The notes below the pieces were generated by a model. That model saw only the letters and a program-made list of their open reading frames with translations. It did no database searches and was not told where the DNA came from. The position numbers and the translations under genes are program-made. Below are positions 52,499-62,199 of a stretch of DNA of 64,000 nucleotides, piece after piece; position 1 is the first letter of the stretch, and each line of letters begins with the position of its first letter. This DNA comes from Planctomycetota bacterium (lineage in GTDB: Bacteria > Planctomycetota > UBA8108 > UBA1146), in contig JAYZTT010000017.1 of assembly GCA_036125855.1 (NCBI GenBank), forward strand, positions 21,323-85,322, read 5' to 3'.

Positions 52499-54997
52499 CT
52501 AGCGACCGGCGATGATGTAGGAGCCCCGGTTCTGAGCGGCAAGATTCTCAAGAAATGGGGAATTGAATCCCAGCGCAATGGTGTGAATCGTCACCTGGCT
52601 CTCCTGATTGAGACGCAGGATCTCTTCGAGAATCCGACCGGTATCGACGAAGGTCCCCATGCTCGGCGCGCCGTCGGAGAGAAAGAAGATGGTATCGACC
52701 TCACCGGCCTGAAGCACCTCCGCCAGGGAATCATAGATGTTGGTGCCCCCACCCGGCTGGAGACCTCGTACAAATTTCTTGGCATTGTTCACCGACTTTG
52801 GAGTCAGCTTGACCGGTTTGGGATTCAGATTGACCGGCTTGTTATCGAATCGAACCAGGTTGAAGAAGGTCCCCGGTCGGAGTTTTTCGATGGCGTTGAC
52901 CAGTTCGCTCTTGGCCAGATCGAGACGACGCATCGTCTCGTTTCCTCCTCCTTCTTTCGGCACCGTCACTTCCTGCCCCATGCTTCCGGAACAATCGACG
53001 ATGAACGCAATCCGCCGGCTCACGATCTCGACGCCAAAATAAGATGGAGTACGAGCCGCCTTCGGATCGGCTTTCCGGACAAATGTATGACCGCCCTTGC
53101 GCTCCTGTTCCTTGCGAGCGACTTCGACCGGGTCGTATCGATCCCGTTCCCGCTCCCAGTACTTCTGCCAGTCGACCACGTCGGGACCCAGGTCCACACC
53201 GGTAGCGGCGATCAATCGTTCGACAACCTGGGGAAGCAGAGCGCCGTCCTCCCGTTCCATCGCGACCAGCAAGGCATCGACGATTCTCACATCGTGCTCT
53301 CCTGCCAGGGATCGCAGCGCCGCCGATCGGACCTGCCAGGCGGGATCGGACAGAGCCTCGATGCGTCGCACGAGGCTGGCCTCACCCCCGACCCGCGCCA
53401 GAGCCGTGATGACCAGCGTCCGAAGGGGAACATCTCGTCGATTTCCCAGTGCCAGCAACATATCGAGGGCCTCGGTCGGATCGAGACGACACAGCGCCCG
53501 AACCGCTTCCCGCTGGAATTCCACATCCCTCTGCAACTTCCGCGAGGCCTTGGCAATCTCAGCAACGGCACGATCGGACCCCAGAATCGCGAGCGCGCGG
53601 ATGGCAGCTCTTCTCAATTGCCGCGAGGGATGTCTCAGCAGGCCCGACAGGGTTGGCTCCGCGGCAATGTACCTGGCTCTACCCAGAGCATCGGCAACCG
53701 CGATACGCGCCAACAAGCGGGCACGATCCTGATCGAGAACCTTGTCATGCAACCAGTCAAGAGCAGCCCCATCTCGGAACGATCTCAACGCCCTGAGAAT
53801 GCGGTCGTAACTACGACGACGAACCTGAGGAAGCGTCTCGGCTGAATCACCTTCAGGAACAACTTCGACAAGCATCCGTGCGGCATCCTTGTTGCCGATC
53901 CTGCCGAGCAAATCGATGACCGCAAAGGAGATCTGCTGATTCGGACCCTTGATCCACCGCTCCAGCGATTTCAATTTGACCTTTTCGAGGTGACGCGGCT
54001 TCATCGCATCGATCACCTGGCGGCGACCAGCGGCGGTCAGAGAGGAAAGCTTGGAGATGATATCCCGTGCCACTCCCGCCCCACCGACCTTGAGCAGTGG
54101 AACCGCCGCCAGCGCCTGGATCTCCTTGGTCGGATCTTCCAGCAGGCGGCGCAGGAACATCTCGGATTCTCGACAACGACAGTCGCCGGCTTCCGCCAGC
54201 ACCGACTCCAGCGACTTGATGCCCTTGGCTCGATCCGCGTAGGGAAGGGCACGCCACTCCTTGAGGACTTGATCCCAGTCCTTGACCACCTGACGCATTC
54301 GTTCGCGCGGTGGCCGCAGGGTAAAGAGTCGTTCCCTGGCACGCTTGGCCGGCTTCTTGGCAGAGTACTGTGCGATGAGGCGGTTCCAGGTCGATCGCGC
54401 CTGCTCGTAGAGCCCTTGCTCCCGCTGGCAGTACCCGGTGTCGTAGAGACATTCAGGGACCAGGGAGTGCTTCGGATACAGTCGAGTGACCTGCTCAAAG
54501 CGCTGCTGCGCCTCTTGCCACTCCAGCGTCTCCTGCAGACAGTGCCCCAGTCCATGCAGGGCCAGCGCTGTCGCATCGGTTCCACGATCCTGGTCGAGGT
54601 AGGCCTGATAACCCTCTCGAGCCGGTCTGGTTCGCCCCAGCAGCCGCTGACACTCGGAGCGATATGCCAGAGCCTCATGAGCACTGATGGTGTCGGGCCA
54701 CTGACGCCGGATCTCCTCGAGTTGATCCTCCAGTTCGATCAATCGCTCGCTTCTTGCATCTCGGGTCCTCGGCAAGGAACCGAGCGATTTGATGACCTTC
54801 TCCAGAGCATCGTGAGCTTCCTTCTCCGGCCCCTCCAGCTGCTCTTCATCTGGCTCGTCAGCATCCTCTTCATCATCGATCCCATCGAAGTACGCCAGTA
54901 ACGATGGCGGGGAACTGAAACACACCGCAGTGGCTGCTGGCAGCAGTAACAAGATGATGAACCACCACGAAAGCGAACTGGATGTCCTGCAATTCAT
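52499..54997 (-). CDS. Secreted TPR / HEAT-repeat protein with C-terminal von Willebrand factor A domain
   Basis: Signal MNCRTSSSLSWWFIILLLLPAATAV. TPR-like and HEAT-like (LSDPAWQVRSAALRSL, LRHPSRQLRRAAIRAL) repeats. VWA MIDAS motif IAFIVDCSGSM ... IFFLSDGAP. Confidence 0.8.
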   Translation of the reverse strand: MNCRTSSSLSWWFIILLLLPAATAVCFSSPPSLLAYFDGIDDEEDADEPDEEQLEGPEKEAHDALEKVIKSLGSLPRTRDARSERLIELEDQLEEIRRQWPDTISAHEALAYRSECQRLLGRTRPAREGYQAYLDQDRGTDATALALHGLGHCLQETLEWQEAQQRFEQVTRLYPKHSLVPECLYDTGYCQREQGLYEQARSTWNRLIAQYSAKKPAKRARERLFTLRPPRERMRQVVKDWDQVLKEWRALPYADRAKGIKSLESVLAEAGDCRCRESEMFLRRLLEDPTKEIQALAAVPLLKVGGAGVARDIISKLSSLTAAGRRQVIDAMKPRHLEKVKLKSLERWIKGPNQQISFAVIDLLGRIGNKDAARMLVEVVPEGDSAETLPQVRRRSYDRILRALRSFRDGAALDWLHDKVLDQDRARLLARIAVADALGRARYIAAEPTLSGLLRHPSRQLRRAAIRALAILGSDRAVAEIAKASRKLQRDVEFQREAVRALCRLDPTEALDMLLALGNRRDVPLRTLVITALARVGGEASLVRRIEALSDPAWQVRSAALRSLAGEHDVRIVDALLVAMEREDGALLPQVVERLIAATGVDLGPDVVDWQKYWERERDRYDPVEVARKEQERKGGHTFVRKADPKAARTPSYFGVEIVSRRIAFIVDCSGSMGQEVTVPKEGGGNETMRRLDLAKSELVNAIEKLRPGTFFNLVRFDNKPVNLNPKPVKLTPKSVNNAKKFVRGLQPGGGTNIYDSLAEVLQAGEVDTIFFLSDGAPSMGTFVDTGRILEEILRLNQESQVTIHTIALGFNSPFLENLAAQNRGSYIIAGR

Positions 54998-55042
54998 GTC
55001 GGCTCCTTCACGATCGATGATCCATAAAACTATTTCAGGATT

Positions 55043-55504
55043 CTATCCTGCTGAAGGGATCTGCGCGAGGATGCGAGAGATCGCGATAATTGCGATGACC
55101 AGCAGGGATGAAACACCCAGCCAGGTACCACCATTTTGTCGGATCTTCTCCAGCGCTTCCGATCGCCCGACCATCGCAGAGGAGATAAAAAAGACGCCCA
55201 ACGCGAGCAAGAATTTGATGCCGAATAGCATGTGATAGCTGGCACCGGCAGCACCCGTTTCCTTCTGCAGGGTCGCCTTGTCGAGACCGACAGCCATCAA
55301 CTGGTAGATCCCGGTCGCCAGCAACACAACAATCCCGATCCGCAGCCAGGGAGACCAACGGCTGCGAATCGACTCTCGCACCTCAGCAGAACCTGGCTCC
55401 GAACTGACGGCCGGATGCACAGCTCGCCACTGGAATAGCGCGGCTCCCGCGATGAAGAAGGCAAAGACGACATGAACCAGGGTACTGATCTCGGGTCCTG
55501 ACAA
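55043..55504 (-). CDS. Hypothetical 4-TM membrane protein
   Basis: Four hydrophobic helices (VHVVFAFFIAGAALF, LRIGIVVLLATGIYQLMAV, LFGIKFLLALGVFFISSAMV, WLGVSSLLVIAIIAISRIL). Confidence 0.6.
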   Translation of the reverse strand: MSGPEISTLVHVVFAFFIAGAALFQWRAVHPAVSSEPGSAEVRESIRSRWSPWLRIGIVVLLATGIYQLMAVGLDKATLQKETGAAGASYHMLFGIKFLLALGVFFISSAMVGRSEALEKIRQNGGTWLGVSSLLVIAIIAISRILAQIPSAG

Positions 55505-55600
55505 TTGTAGCTCCCATCTGAGTCTCGGTTGCTCTACTCGCCACCGCGGCTCATCATGGCCTGATCGCTGGAGATTTCCACCGTAGACCTAGGAGGTCCT

Positions 55601-56275
55601 TTGCCCCCATCGCCAGGAGACACCATGGACCCACAAGAATTCGCTGACATCCTCGCAAAATCCCGGGCCAGTGCCATCTTGCGTACTCCCCACGGAAACC
55701 GTGCTCAGGAGGCGATGCGGTCAGCGATCCGAGGTGGTTTTCAGGTCTGCGAGTTCACCCTGACCATCCCCGATGCCCTCGACCACATCCGCGCCATCTG
55801 CGAGGAATTTCCACAGGTCGTGGTCGGGGCCGGTACGGTGCTGACCGCCGATGATGCCGAGAAAGCGGTGGCAGCGGGGGCCCGGTTCCTGGTTTCGCCG
55901 GTGGTCGATCCCGAGGTGATCGAAATCGCGAGAGAACTGAACGTGGCCAGCATTCCCGGCTGCGCCACCCCGACCGAGATGCTGGCAGCGCACAGGGCGG
56001 GAGCAACGCTGGTGAAACTGTTCCCGGGCCCGGCGGGCGGACCGGCCTGGGTCAAGGCGGTACTGGGTCCACTCCCCTTCCTGAAAATCGTTCCCACCAG
56101 CGGAGTAGACCTTCACAATGCTGCGGATTTCCTGGCGGCAGGGGCCCACGCCATCGGTTTCGTCGCTCCCCTGTTCGTCCCCGAGGATGTGGAGGCTCGA
56201 CGATGGGACCGCATCGAACAACGAGCACAACAATTAGTGGCCGCGTGTCAATTGAATGCGGTAGAGCGAAGTTGA
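55601..56275 (+). CDS. eda: 2-dehydro-3-deoxyphosphogluconate / 4-hydroxy-2-oxoglutarate aldolase
   Basis: ILRTP..EFTLTIPDAL..VVVGAGTVLTADDAEKAVAAGARFLVSP..IPGCATPTE..GATLVKLFPG (Schiff-base Lys)..IVPTSGV. The start may be ATG 55625. Confidence 0.85.
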   Translation: MPPSPGDTMDPQEFADILAKSRASAILRTPHGNRAQEAMRSAIRGGFQVCEFTLTIPDALDHIRAICEEFPQVVVGAGTVLTADDAEKAVAAGARFLVSPVVDPEVIEIARELNVASIPGCATPTEMLAAHRAGATLVKLFPGPAGGPAWVKAVLGPLPFLKIVPTSGVDLHNAADFLAAGAHAIGFVAPLFVPEDVEARRWDRIEQRAQQLVAACQLNAVERS

Positions 56276-56312
56276 TTGTGCTTCGCCGTGATCGCGCAAC
56301 GAAGCCAACGAA

Positions 56313-57047
56313 ATGGCTGAGGAGAAACAGATGACCTATCTCGGCAAGGAAACCACCTTCCAGTGGCTGGGACATTCCACCTTTCTGGTCGGCACTCCTT
56401 CAGGCCGCTCGGTACTGATCGATCCGTGGCTCGATAATCCAGCGTTCCCGGAACCGGTTGGCGAACCGGAACAGGTCGATCTCATCCTGCTGACCCACGG
56501 CCACTGGGATCACTTCAACAGCGTCATACCCCAGGCAAAAAAACACGACTGCAAGGTCGTTTGTAACGTCGAGCTGGCCCACTGGTTGCGGAAAGAGGGA
56601 CTGAACGACGAACAGGTCATCGAGATGAACAAGGGCGGCACCATCGAGGTCTGTGGTTTGCAGGTCACGATGACTGACGCCCGGCACTCCTCGGGGGTCC
56701 TCATCGACGACGAATATCGATACGGCGGCGAACCGGCTGGATTCGTGGTCGAGACCGAGAACGAGTTCCGTTTCTACTACGCCGGGGATACCTGTGTTTT
56801 CGGGGATATGGCGCTGATCGCAGAGCTCTACTCTCCGACCCTGGCGCTGCTGCCCATCGGTGATCTCTACACGATGGGTCCGCGAGAGGCGGCCAAGGCA
56901 GCCCATCTGCTCGGAGTCGAGATGGTCATACCGATGCACTTTGGCACCTTCCCGGCGCTGCACGGCAATCCACAGCAGTTACGCGAGGCGATCGGCAACT
57001 TGCCGATCCAGGTCATCGACATCGAACCGGGACAGACCGTCGAGTGA
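56313..57047 (+). CDS. Metallo-beta-lactamase-fold hydrolase (UPF0173-like)
   Basis: FQWLGHSTFLV..VLIDPWL..LILLTHGHWDH..YYAGDT..IPMHFGTF. Confidence 0.8.
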   Translation: MAEEKQMTYLGKETTFQWLGHSTFLVGTPSGRSVLIDPWLDNPAFPEPVGEPEQVDLILLTHGHWDHFNSVIPQAKKHDCKVVCNVELAHWLRKEGLNDEQVIEMNKGGTIEVCGLQVTMTDARHSSGVLIDDEYRYGGEPAGFVVETENEFRFYYAGDTCVFGDMALIAELYSPTLALLPIGDLYTMGPREAAKAAHLLGVEMVIPMHFGTFPALHGNPQQLREAIGNLPIQVIDIEPGQTVE

Positions 57048-58036
57048 TGGGAGATCCGTACGATCCTGTACCGATCCGATCACTGTTGATCCTGACCAAT
57101 CCTGGATCGAGACAGGCCCGGAAGGTCAGGCAGCAACTCGAATCGTTGCTCGCTGACCACCATGACCGGCTTGAAATCCACTGGAAAGATGTCTTCTCCC
57201 CGTCGCAGTTCGACCAGCAGGTGGACCGTGTGCTGCTCGTCGGCGGCGACGGCACCATCAATCTGGGATTGAGCTGGCTCAAGAGCGCGGGAATCGTGGC
57301 TCCGGTAGCCTTGATCCCAGCAGGAACCGGTAACAACCTGGCACGAGGGATGGGAATCCCGGTCGCGGTGGAACGATCCATCGAACTCGCTCTGGGCACC
57401 TCGACCACGCACCGGATCGACGGCGTCGATCTGAAATACGATGGAGAAAGTGCCGGAATGATGCTGCAGGTCGCAGCCGCCGGAATGCCTGCCCATGTTG
57501 CCGGTCGTTTTGATCGACTTCGACATCTACCGGTGATCTGCCATCCGATTCGCTGGAGCGGAGACTGGATCTATCGACTGCTGGCCCTTCTCACCATCGC
57601 AGGTCAGCAGAATCGAGAGTTCGACTGGCAACTGGAACTCGATGGAGAACTGCTCGAAGTCCAGGGGGCTGCCCTGTTCTTCGGTAATGAAGGGACCATC
57701 GGCGGAGGTTTCACTCCCTGCCCCGAGGCTCGAATCGACGACGGGTTACTGGACGTATGCCTGCTCCCGACCTTGCCCTTCGGAGAGACCCTTCGGCTCT
57801 TCAAGCAGGTCTCGGCGGGAACTCATCTGGAGGAAAATGATGCGGTGATCTACCGGCAATGTCGGACGGTTCGATTCAGACAGGTCGAGGGACCTTTTCT
57901 GGTCGATGGCGATATTCGTGGAAACCCGCAACGGATCGAACTCGAATGCTCACCCGGGGCGGTCGAACTGGTACTGCCAGAGGGTGCAGATATCCGGCCG
58001 TCACAGCAAGCAACCGGCGAAACGGAGCTCAATTGA
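57044..58036 (+). CDS. Diacylglycerol/lipid kinase family protein (YegS/LCB5-like)
   Basis: LLVGGDGTINLGL, IPAGTGNNLARGMGIP and a C-terminal beta-sandwich region. ATGA-type overlap with the preceding gene. Confidence 0.8.
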   Translation: MMGDPYDPVPIRSLLILTNPGSRQARKVRQQLESLLADHHDRLEIHWKDVFSPSQFDQQVDRVLLVGGDGTINLGLSWLKSAGIVAPVALIPAGTGNNLARGMGIPVAVERSIELALGTSTTHRIDGVDLKYDGESAGMMLQVAAAGMPAHVAGRFDRLRHLPVICHPIRWSGDWIYRLLALLTIAGQQNREFDWQLELDGELLEVQGAALFFGNEGTIGGGFTPCPEARIDDGLLDVCLLPTLPFGETLRLFKQVSAGTHLEENDAVIYRQCRTVRFRQVEGPFLVDGDIRGNPQRIELECSPGAVELVLPEGADIRPSQQATGETELN

Positions 58037-59169
58037 AACCTCATCTGCTGCTGTCCTCACTGGCCCTCACCCTGGTGATCCTGGTGGCGGGCTGTTCTCG
58101 CCAGGTCGAGGTCCCCATCGAAAAAGCTCTGTGGATCACTCGCTGGGATTACCTGACCCAGGAGCAGGTCCGCACCTGCATCACCAACGCTGCCGAGGGG
58201 GGCTTCGATACGGTGTTGTTCCAGGTGCGGGGCAATGGCACGGTATTTTATCGGTCAGCTCTGGAACCCTGGGCGGAGGAATACGATCACCAGGATCCGG
58301 GGTTCGATCCCCTCGCCGTCGCCTGCCAGGAAGCCGAGCGGGTCGGGATCTCGATTCATGCCTGGATCAACGCCGTGCCTGGATGGAGGGGAGAGCAAGA
58401 ACCCCCGGCTACCTCGCCACCGCACCACTGGCATGCCCGTCCGGAGTGGTTCCTGTACGATTCCGATGGAGCAAGACAACCGCTTCAACCGGACTACTAC
58501 GTCGCCTTGAATCCGTGCCTGCCGGAGGTCCGTCACCATGTCTCGAACATCTGTGCTGAACTGGTTGAGAATTATCCCATCGATGGAATACACCTCGATT
58601 ACATCCGATTCCTCGAATCAGGGGTTCACACCGATTACCCCCGGGATGCAACAAGCTTGCAGCTGTTTCGCGAACAGAGTGGATGTGACACCCCGGAATC
58701 AAACCCCGAAGCGTGGGAGAAGTGGCGCCGCGACCAGGTTACAGAGCTGGTCAAGGAAATCCGAATCGCGGTGCGAAAAGCGGATCGAGAAGCGCTGCTG
58801 ACCGCCGCGGTCTACCGAACTCCCCAGATCGCCTACCACCGGGTCCGCCAGGACTGGCCCCGGTGGCTCCGGCTCGGTCTCATCGATGCCGTCTTTCCGA
58901 TGCAGTACGACCGAGAAATCGACCGTTTTGAACAGCGAGTCGCCGAATGCCTCCGGGAAGCCAGTGGCTATCCGGTACTGATGGGCATCGGTACCTATCT
59001 CCACGAAGATCCGCGGGTTACCCGTCGCCAGGCACAGCTGGCACGGCGCCTCGGCTGCCAGGGCGTCAGCCACTTCGCCTACTCCTCCTTCTGGCCAGCA
59101 GGAGCTGCCGGGTCCTCTGACGATCAGATTCGGCAAGCCAGAAGGGACCAACTCCTGCCGATCCAGTGA
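58033..59169 (+). CDS. Glycoside-hydrolase-like family 10 (GHL10/DUF187, YngK-like) lipoprotein
   Basis: ALWITRWDY..GFDTVLFQVRGNGTVFYRS..EPWAEEY..GISIHAWINAVP..GIHLDYIRF. TTG 58033 gives a lipoprotein leader (LKPHLLLSSLALTLVILVAGC) and a TTGA overlap with the upstream stop. The track start 57859 would overlap by 178 nt. Confidence 0.75.
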   Translation: MKPHLLLSSLALTLVILVAGCSRQVEVPIEKALWITRWDYLTQEQVRTCITNAAEGGFDTVLFQVRGNGTVFYRSALEPWAEEYDHQDPGFDPLAVACQEAERVGISIHAWINAVPGWRGEQEPPATSPPHHWHARPEWFLYDSDGARQPLQPDYYVALNPCLPEVRHHVSNICAELVENYPIDGIHLDYIRFLESGVHTDYPRDATSLQLFREQSGCDTPESNPEAWEKWRRDQVTELVKEIRIAVRKADREALLTAAVYRTPQIAYHRVRQDWPRWLRLGLIDAVFPMQYDREIDRFEQRVAECLREASGYPVLMGIGTYLHEDPRVTRRQAQLARRLGCQGVSHFAYSSFWPAGAAGSSDDQIRQARRDQLLPIQ

Positions 59170-59356
59170 TGCGCAACTATCCATGATGAAACGAATTAGG
59201 GAATCATCCAGGAAGCCAGCGAGGTTTTGCCAGGAATCGTCCGAAAATCGACCTGCTGGAACTCAGGTAACGACACTTCCGTTTGTAGGGTGTACAATCT
59301 TACTTCTCATCTGGTCCCCCGGGACCGTACTCATGATTCCCCCCTGAACAGGGGGA

Positions 59357-59373
59357 GGAACCGGAACGGTTCC
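59357..59373. promoter_or_regulatory. Perfect inverted repeat GGAACCG-GAA-CGGTTCC in the leader of the Cys-rich lipoprotein gene
   Basis: 7-bp arms with a 3-nt spacer, ending 19 nt before ATG 59393. A second IR, GGTCCC-CC-GGGACC, is at 59313-59326. Confidence 0.3.
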
Positions 59374-59392
59374 CTCTGAAAGGTAGAATACG

Positions 59393-59590
59393 ATGCGGAA
59401 AACTTTACTCGCACTCGTCGTTGTTGCTGGTCTGGCCACTGCAGGTTGTATCTTCGCCCCACAAGGTGGTGGTGCCAAGGAAACCAGCGACTCCGATTGT
59501 GCCGCAGCCTGTGCAACCTCTTGCAGCGCCGCCAAAGCCGCCAAGAGTTGTGGTGATGACTGCACCAAGCCCTGCTGCCCAGCAGAGTAA
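59393..59590 (+). CDS. Small Cys-rich putative lipoprotein (65 aa precursor)
   Basis: MRKTLLALVVVAGLATAGC leader (lipobox-like). Mature part: CIFAPQGGGAKETSDSDCAAACATSCSAAKAAKSCGDDCTKPCCPAE, with 8 Cys. Followed by a very strong terminator. Confidence 0.6.
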   Translation: MRKTLLALVVVAGLATAGCIFAPQGGGAKETSDSDCAAACATSCSAAKAAKSCGDDCTKPCCPAE

Positions 59591-59628
59591 TTCACTGATT
59601 CTTTAATATTTTCAGTGAGAAGGTAATA

Positions 59629-59663
59629 CGGTGTGAGGTCTTTGACCTCACACCGTTTTTTTT
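59629..59663 (+). terminator. Strong intrinsic terminator
   Basis: 12-bp perfect stem CGGTGTGAGGTC/GACCTCACACCG, 3-nt loop, then T8 (59656-59663). Confidence 0.85.
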
Positions 59664-59695
59664 ATCACATTCAAATGAGGACCGTCACGCACCGT

Positions 59696-60901
59696 CTATT
59701 TGAGGGACTCTGGCTTCGCGGATGAGGCCCCCTGTCGATTGCCCACCGGAGCCTCGCTCAATGCTTTGGCCAGGATGGAAGCGCTCCAGGCGGTGCCATA
59801 GATTCGATGATAGGAAAAAAACGAATAGTCCCACATCGATCCATCGGGCTCCTGGGTCTCGATGATTTTGTTCACCAGCTGTGGCCACCACTGCAGTCTC
59901 AGCTCTCTGGGTAACTGTTCGATGAGCCCTGCCGCGTAGTAATGACCGTAGAAGAAGAAGTATCCGCTATTGGCATAGTAGGCTTCATGGGGAAAAGGCC
60001 GACCACGAGAAAGTGAGATGAACTTGTGATGGCGCATCAGCTGTTCCAGACCCACCACCATCTGCTGGTAGGTGACTTCCCCCGCATCGCCGCACAGACG
60101 CAAAGCCAGATTTCCGACCTGGATCCGACACAGCGAACCCTTGATCTGATTGATTCCGGTCAAGCCTCTGGTGCTGGGAATTACCGATACATTGTAATCG
60201 AAGGCCCCATTGGGAAGGCGGCAACGACGCAGGGCACGCAAGCCCCGCTGCTGCATCTTGTCGGGCACCTCCAGGCCAACCCGTTCACACTGCTGGTAAA
60301 TCAACAGCAGCGAGGCGGTAACGAAGGAGGTTCCCCAGGTCGGGCGTCGGGTATAAGGCGGATCATCGTAGTAGGCCCACCCCCCGTCGGGACTCTGGTA
60401 CCACTCCAGGGTATCGATCAGATCTTCACCGAGGGATCGAAGCCGAGCTCGTCGCTCGGCGCCAAAACGAGCCGGATCCTCTGCCAGGGCCCGGCCCACC
60501 GCCTCCAGCGCATAGACGTAAGCCCATAAATTATCGGTATCCCAGTTGGCGATGCGTTTGCGACGACCATTCTTGCAGATGTGATCGAGACCCCGTTCCA
60601 GCGCATCTTCAGCACCTTCCGGTATCTGATCCCCAAGATCCATCAAGGTGATACAGGTGATGGCGGTGGTGGCCACCTGCCAGGAATAATGCTGACCCGG
60701 AATCGACCAGCCCCAGTCATCGGAACCGATGGGGCCTCGCCAGTGCCCGAACGCACCATCGGGCTCCTGATGCGAGAGGAGATAGGTGACCGTCTTTTCG
60801 AGCGCTGCATGAGCTTGCTGGCGCCAATCGTTGCTCGATTCCTGGGCCTCACTGAACCCGGGCACGATACAGAGCATCGTCACCAGGATGATCGATGGCA
60901 T
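59696..60901 (-). CDS. Secreted prenyltransferase/squalene-oxidase-repeat (terpenoid cyclase-like alpha/alpha toroid) protein
   Basis: Signal MPSIILVTMLCIVPGFSEAQ. Repeats of the type HQEPDGAFGHW, YQSPDGGWAYY, RLPNGAFDYN, TQEPDGSMWDY. Confidence 0.75.
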   Translation of the reverse strand: MPSIILVTMLCIVPGFSEAQESSNDWRQQAHAALEKTVTYLLSHQEPDGAFGHWRGPIGSDDWGWSIPGQHYSWQVATTAITCITLMDLGDQIPEGAEDALERGLDHICKNGRRKRIANWDTDNLWAYVYALEAVGRALAEDPARFGAERRARLRSLGEDLIDTLEWYQSPDGGWAYYDDPPYTRRPTWGTSFVTASLLLIYQQCERVGLEVPDKMQQRGLRALRRCRLPNGAFDYNVSVIPSTRGLTGINQIKGSLCRIQVGNLALRLCGDAGEVTYQQMVVGLEQLMRHHKFISLSRGRPFPHEAYYANSGYFFFYGHYYAAGLIEQLPRELRLQWWPQLVNKIIETQEPDGSMWDYSFFSYHRIYGTAWSASILAKALSEAPVGNRQGASSAKPESLK

Positions 60902-61719
60902 CAGAAAACTCTCCAGGCCACTGGAGTCGCTGGGGAACGGTCTCCGGTCAGCTCGCGAAGATCGTGACGCTGCTCTTCCAGGTCCTCGCGCATCTTATCG
61001 AGCTCTCGGTCGCGCTCTCCTTGCTCCAGTTCGGACCTCAACTCGGCGATGGTGGACTCCAGCTCGCCTCGCTCCAGATCTCTTCGTGCTTCGGCGACGG
61101 CTCTTTGCAGATCCCGCTCCTTGGTGGGGATCTCTATCTCCATCGAGTGCCGATGATCGCGACGCTGCTGATCCAGAGCCTTTTTAGCCCTCTCAAGACC
61201 TCTCCTGCCTCGTTCCAGAACCAGTTCATCGGTCCCATCTTCCAGTTCCGAACCCTCGTACAGGATGGTGAGTTGCTCCAACTCAGCCTTGGCATCGAGA
61301 AAGCTACTCTCGGCAAAAGCGAGGCCTCGCTGGGCACCATGGGCCATTTCAGGTCGACCAAACTGATGAAATAGCTCCAGATCGCGCTCGGCATCGGATA
61401 GCGCCCTTTCGCCCTCTCGGTGGCGATGCTCCCTCGCCTCTTCGGCGAGCTCTCTCTCCATTTCAGCGATCTCCATCCGGGTCTCAGCTTGCTCGACCTT
61501 GCGTTCCAGTTCCGAGATCTTTTCTCGCATCTCGGCTATTTCTGAGTCCTTGCCGTCCTTCCCCGAATCATCCGAATCAGATTCTTTCCCATCCGTTTCA
61601 GAGCGGAGATCGACATGGAGAGAACCGGTCTCTTCGTCGAGCCGGGTCGCATCGGACTGCACGACAATGCAGCCACAGGATAGAAACAACATCAGAAGTG
61701 TAATAATAGCGCGATTCAT
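60901..61719 (-). CDS. Coiled-coil Glu/Arg-rich lipoprotein (hypothetical)
   Basis: GGGAGG SD before ATG 61719. Leader MNRAIITLLMLFLSCGC. The rest is heptad-like E/R/L-rich sequence. 1-nt TGATG overlap with the downstream gene. The ORF is open to 61782. Confidence 0.6.
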   Translation of the reverse strand: MNRAIITLLMLFLSCGCIVVQSDATRLDEETGSLHVDLRSETDGKESDSDDSGKDGKDSEIAEMREKISELERKVEQAETRMEIAEMERELAEEAREHRHREGERALSDAERDLELFHQFGRPEMAHGAQRGLAFAESSFLDAKAELEQLTILYEGSELEDGTDELVLERGRRGLERAKKALDQQRRDHRHSMEIEIPTKERDLQRAVAEARRDLERGELESTIAELRSELEQGERDRELDKMREDLEEQRHDLRELTGDRSPATPVAWRVF

Positions 61720-61821
61720 ATGGCCTCCCTCAGCCCGTTCCAGCGGTTTCAAGTAGTTTCGCGCATCCTCACCGCGAGGCAAGGTATGACAAGGGGATCG
61801 AATCGATCTGAAGGAATGGAA

Positions 61822-62199
61822 TCAGGATGGGGAGGACTGGCCGGGAAGGGCAACCTCAACCCGATCTTCAACGATTCTCACCGCATGGCACACCAGATCA
61901 TCGGTGGTCGGGCCATCGAGTACGGCTCCATTGCTGGAATCGAAGCAAGCTCCATGAAGTGGGCATTCCACCTGGCCATCCTCGACTGTCGCCCCCACCA
62001 TCGAGGAGCCGATGTGCGGACAGCGGTCATCAAAGACGGTGATTCTGACTCCCTGCCGAACCACCATCAGTTCCTTACCTGCTGCAGCGGTGAAATAGGG
62101 TTCTTCTTCATCGACGTCTTTAACGCTACATACCGGATGCCAGATCAGCCCCTCCGGAGCCGGATAGCTCCCGGGAAGATCGGGAGTTTCATTTGGCAT
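61822..62199 (-). CDS. Rieske [2Fe-2S] domain protein (ferredoxin-type)
   Basis: CPHIGSSM ... CPLHGACF (CxH...CxxH cluster ligands). Confidence 0.8.
   Translation of the reverse strand: MPNETPDLPGSYPAPEGLIWHPVCSVKDVDEEEPYFTAAAGKELMVVRQGVRITVFDDRCPHIGSSMVGATVEDGQVECPLHGACFDSSNGAVLDGPTTDDLVCHAVRIVEDRVEVALPGQSSPS

Noticed and set aside
59263-59595. 110-aa minus-strand ORF covering the Cys-rich lipoprotein locus.
   Set aside because: The plus-strand gene has a lipoprotein leader, an SD and a strong downstream plus-strand terminator. The minus ORF has no start context, and its Ala/Gln/Pro-rich product mirrors the GC-rich codons of the plus gene.
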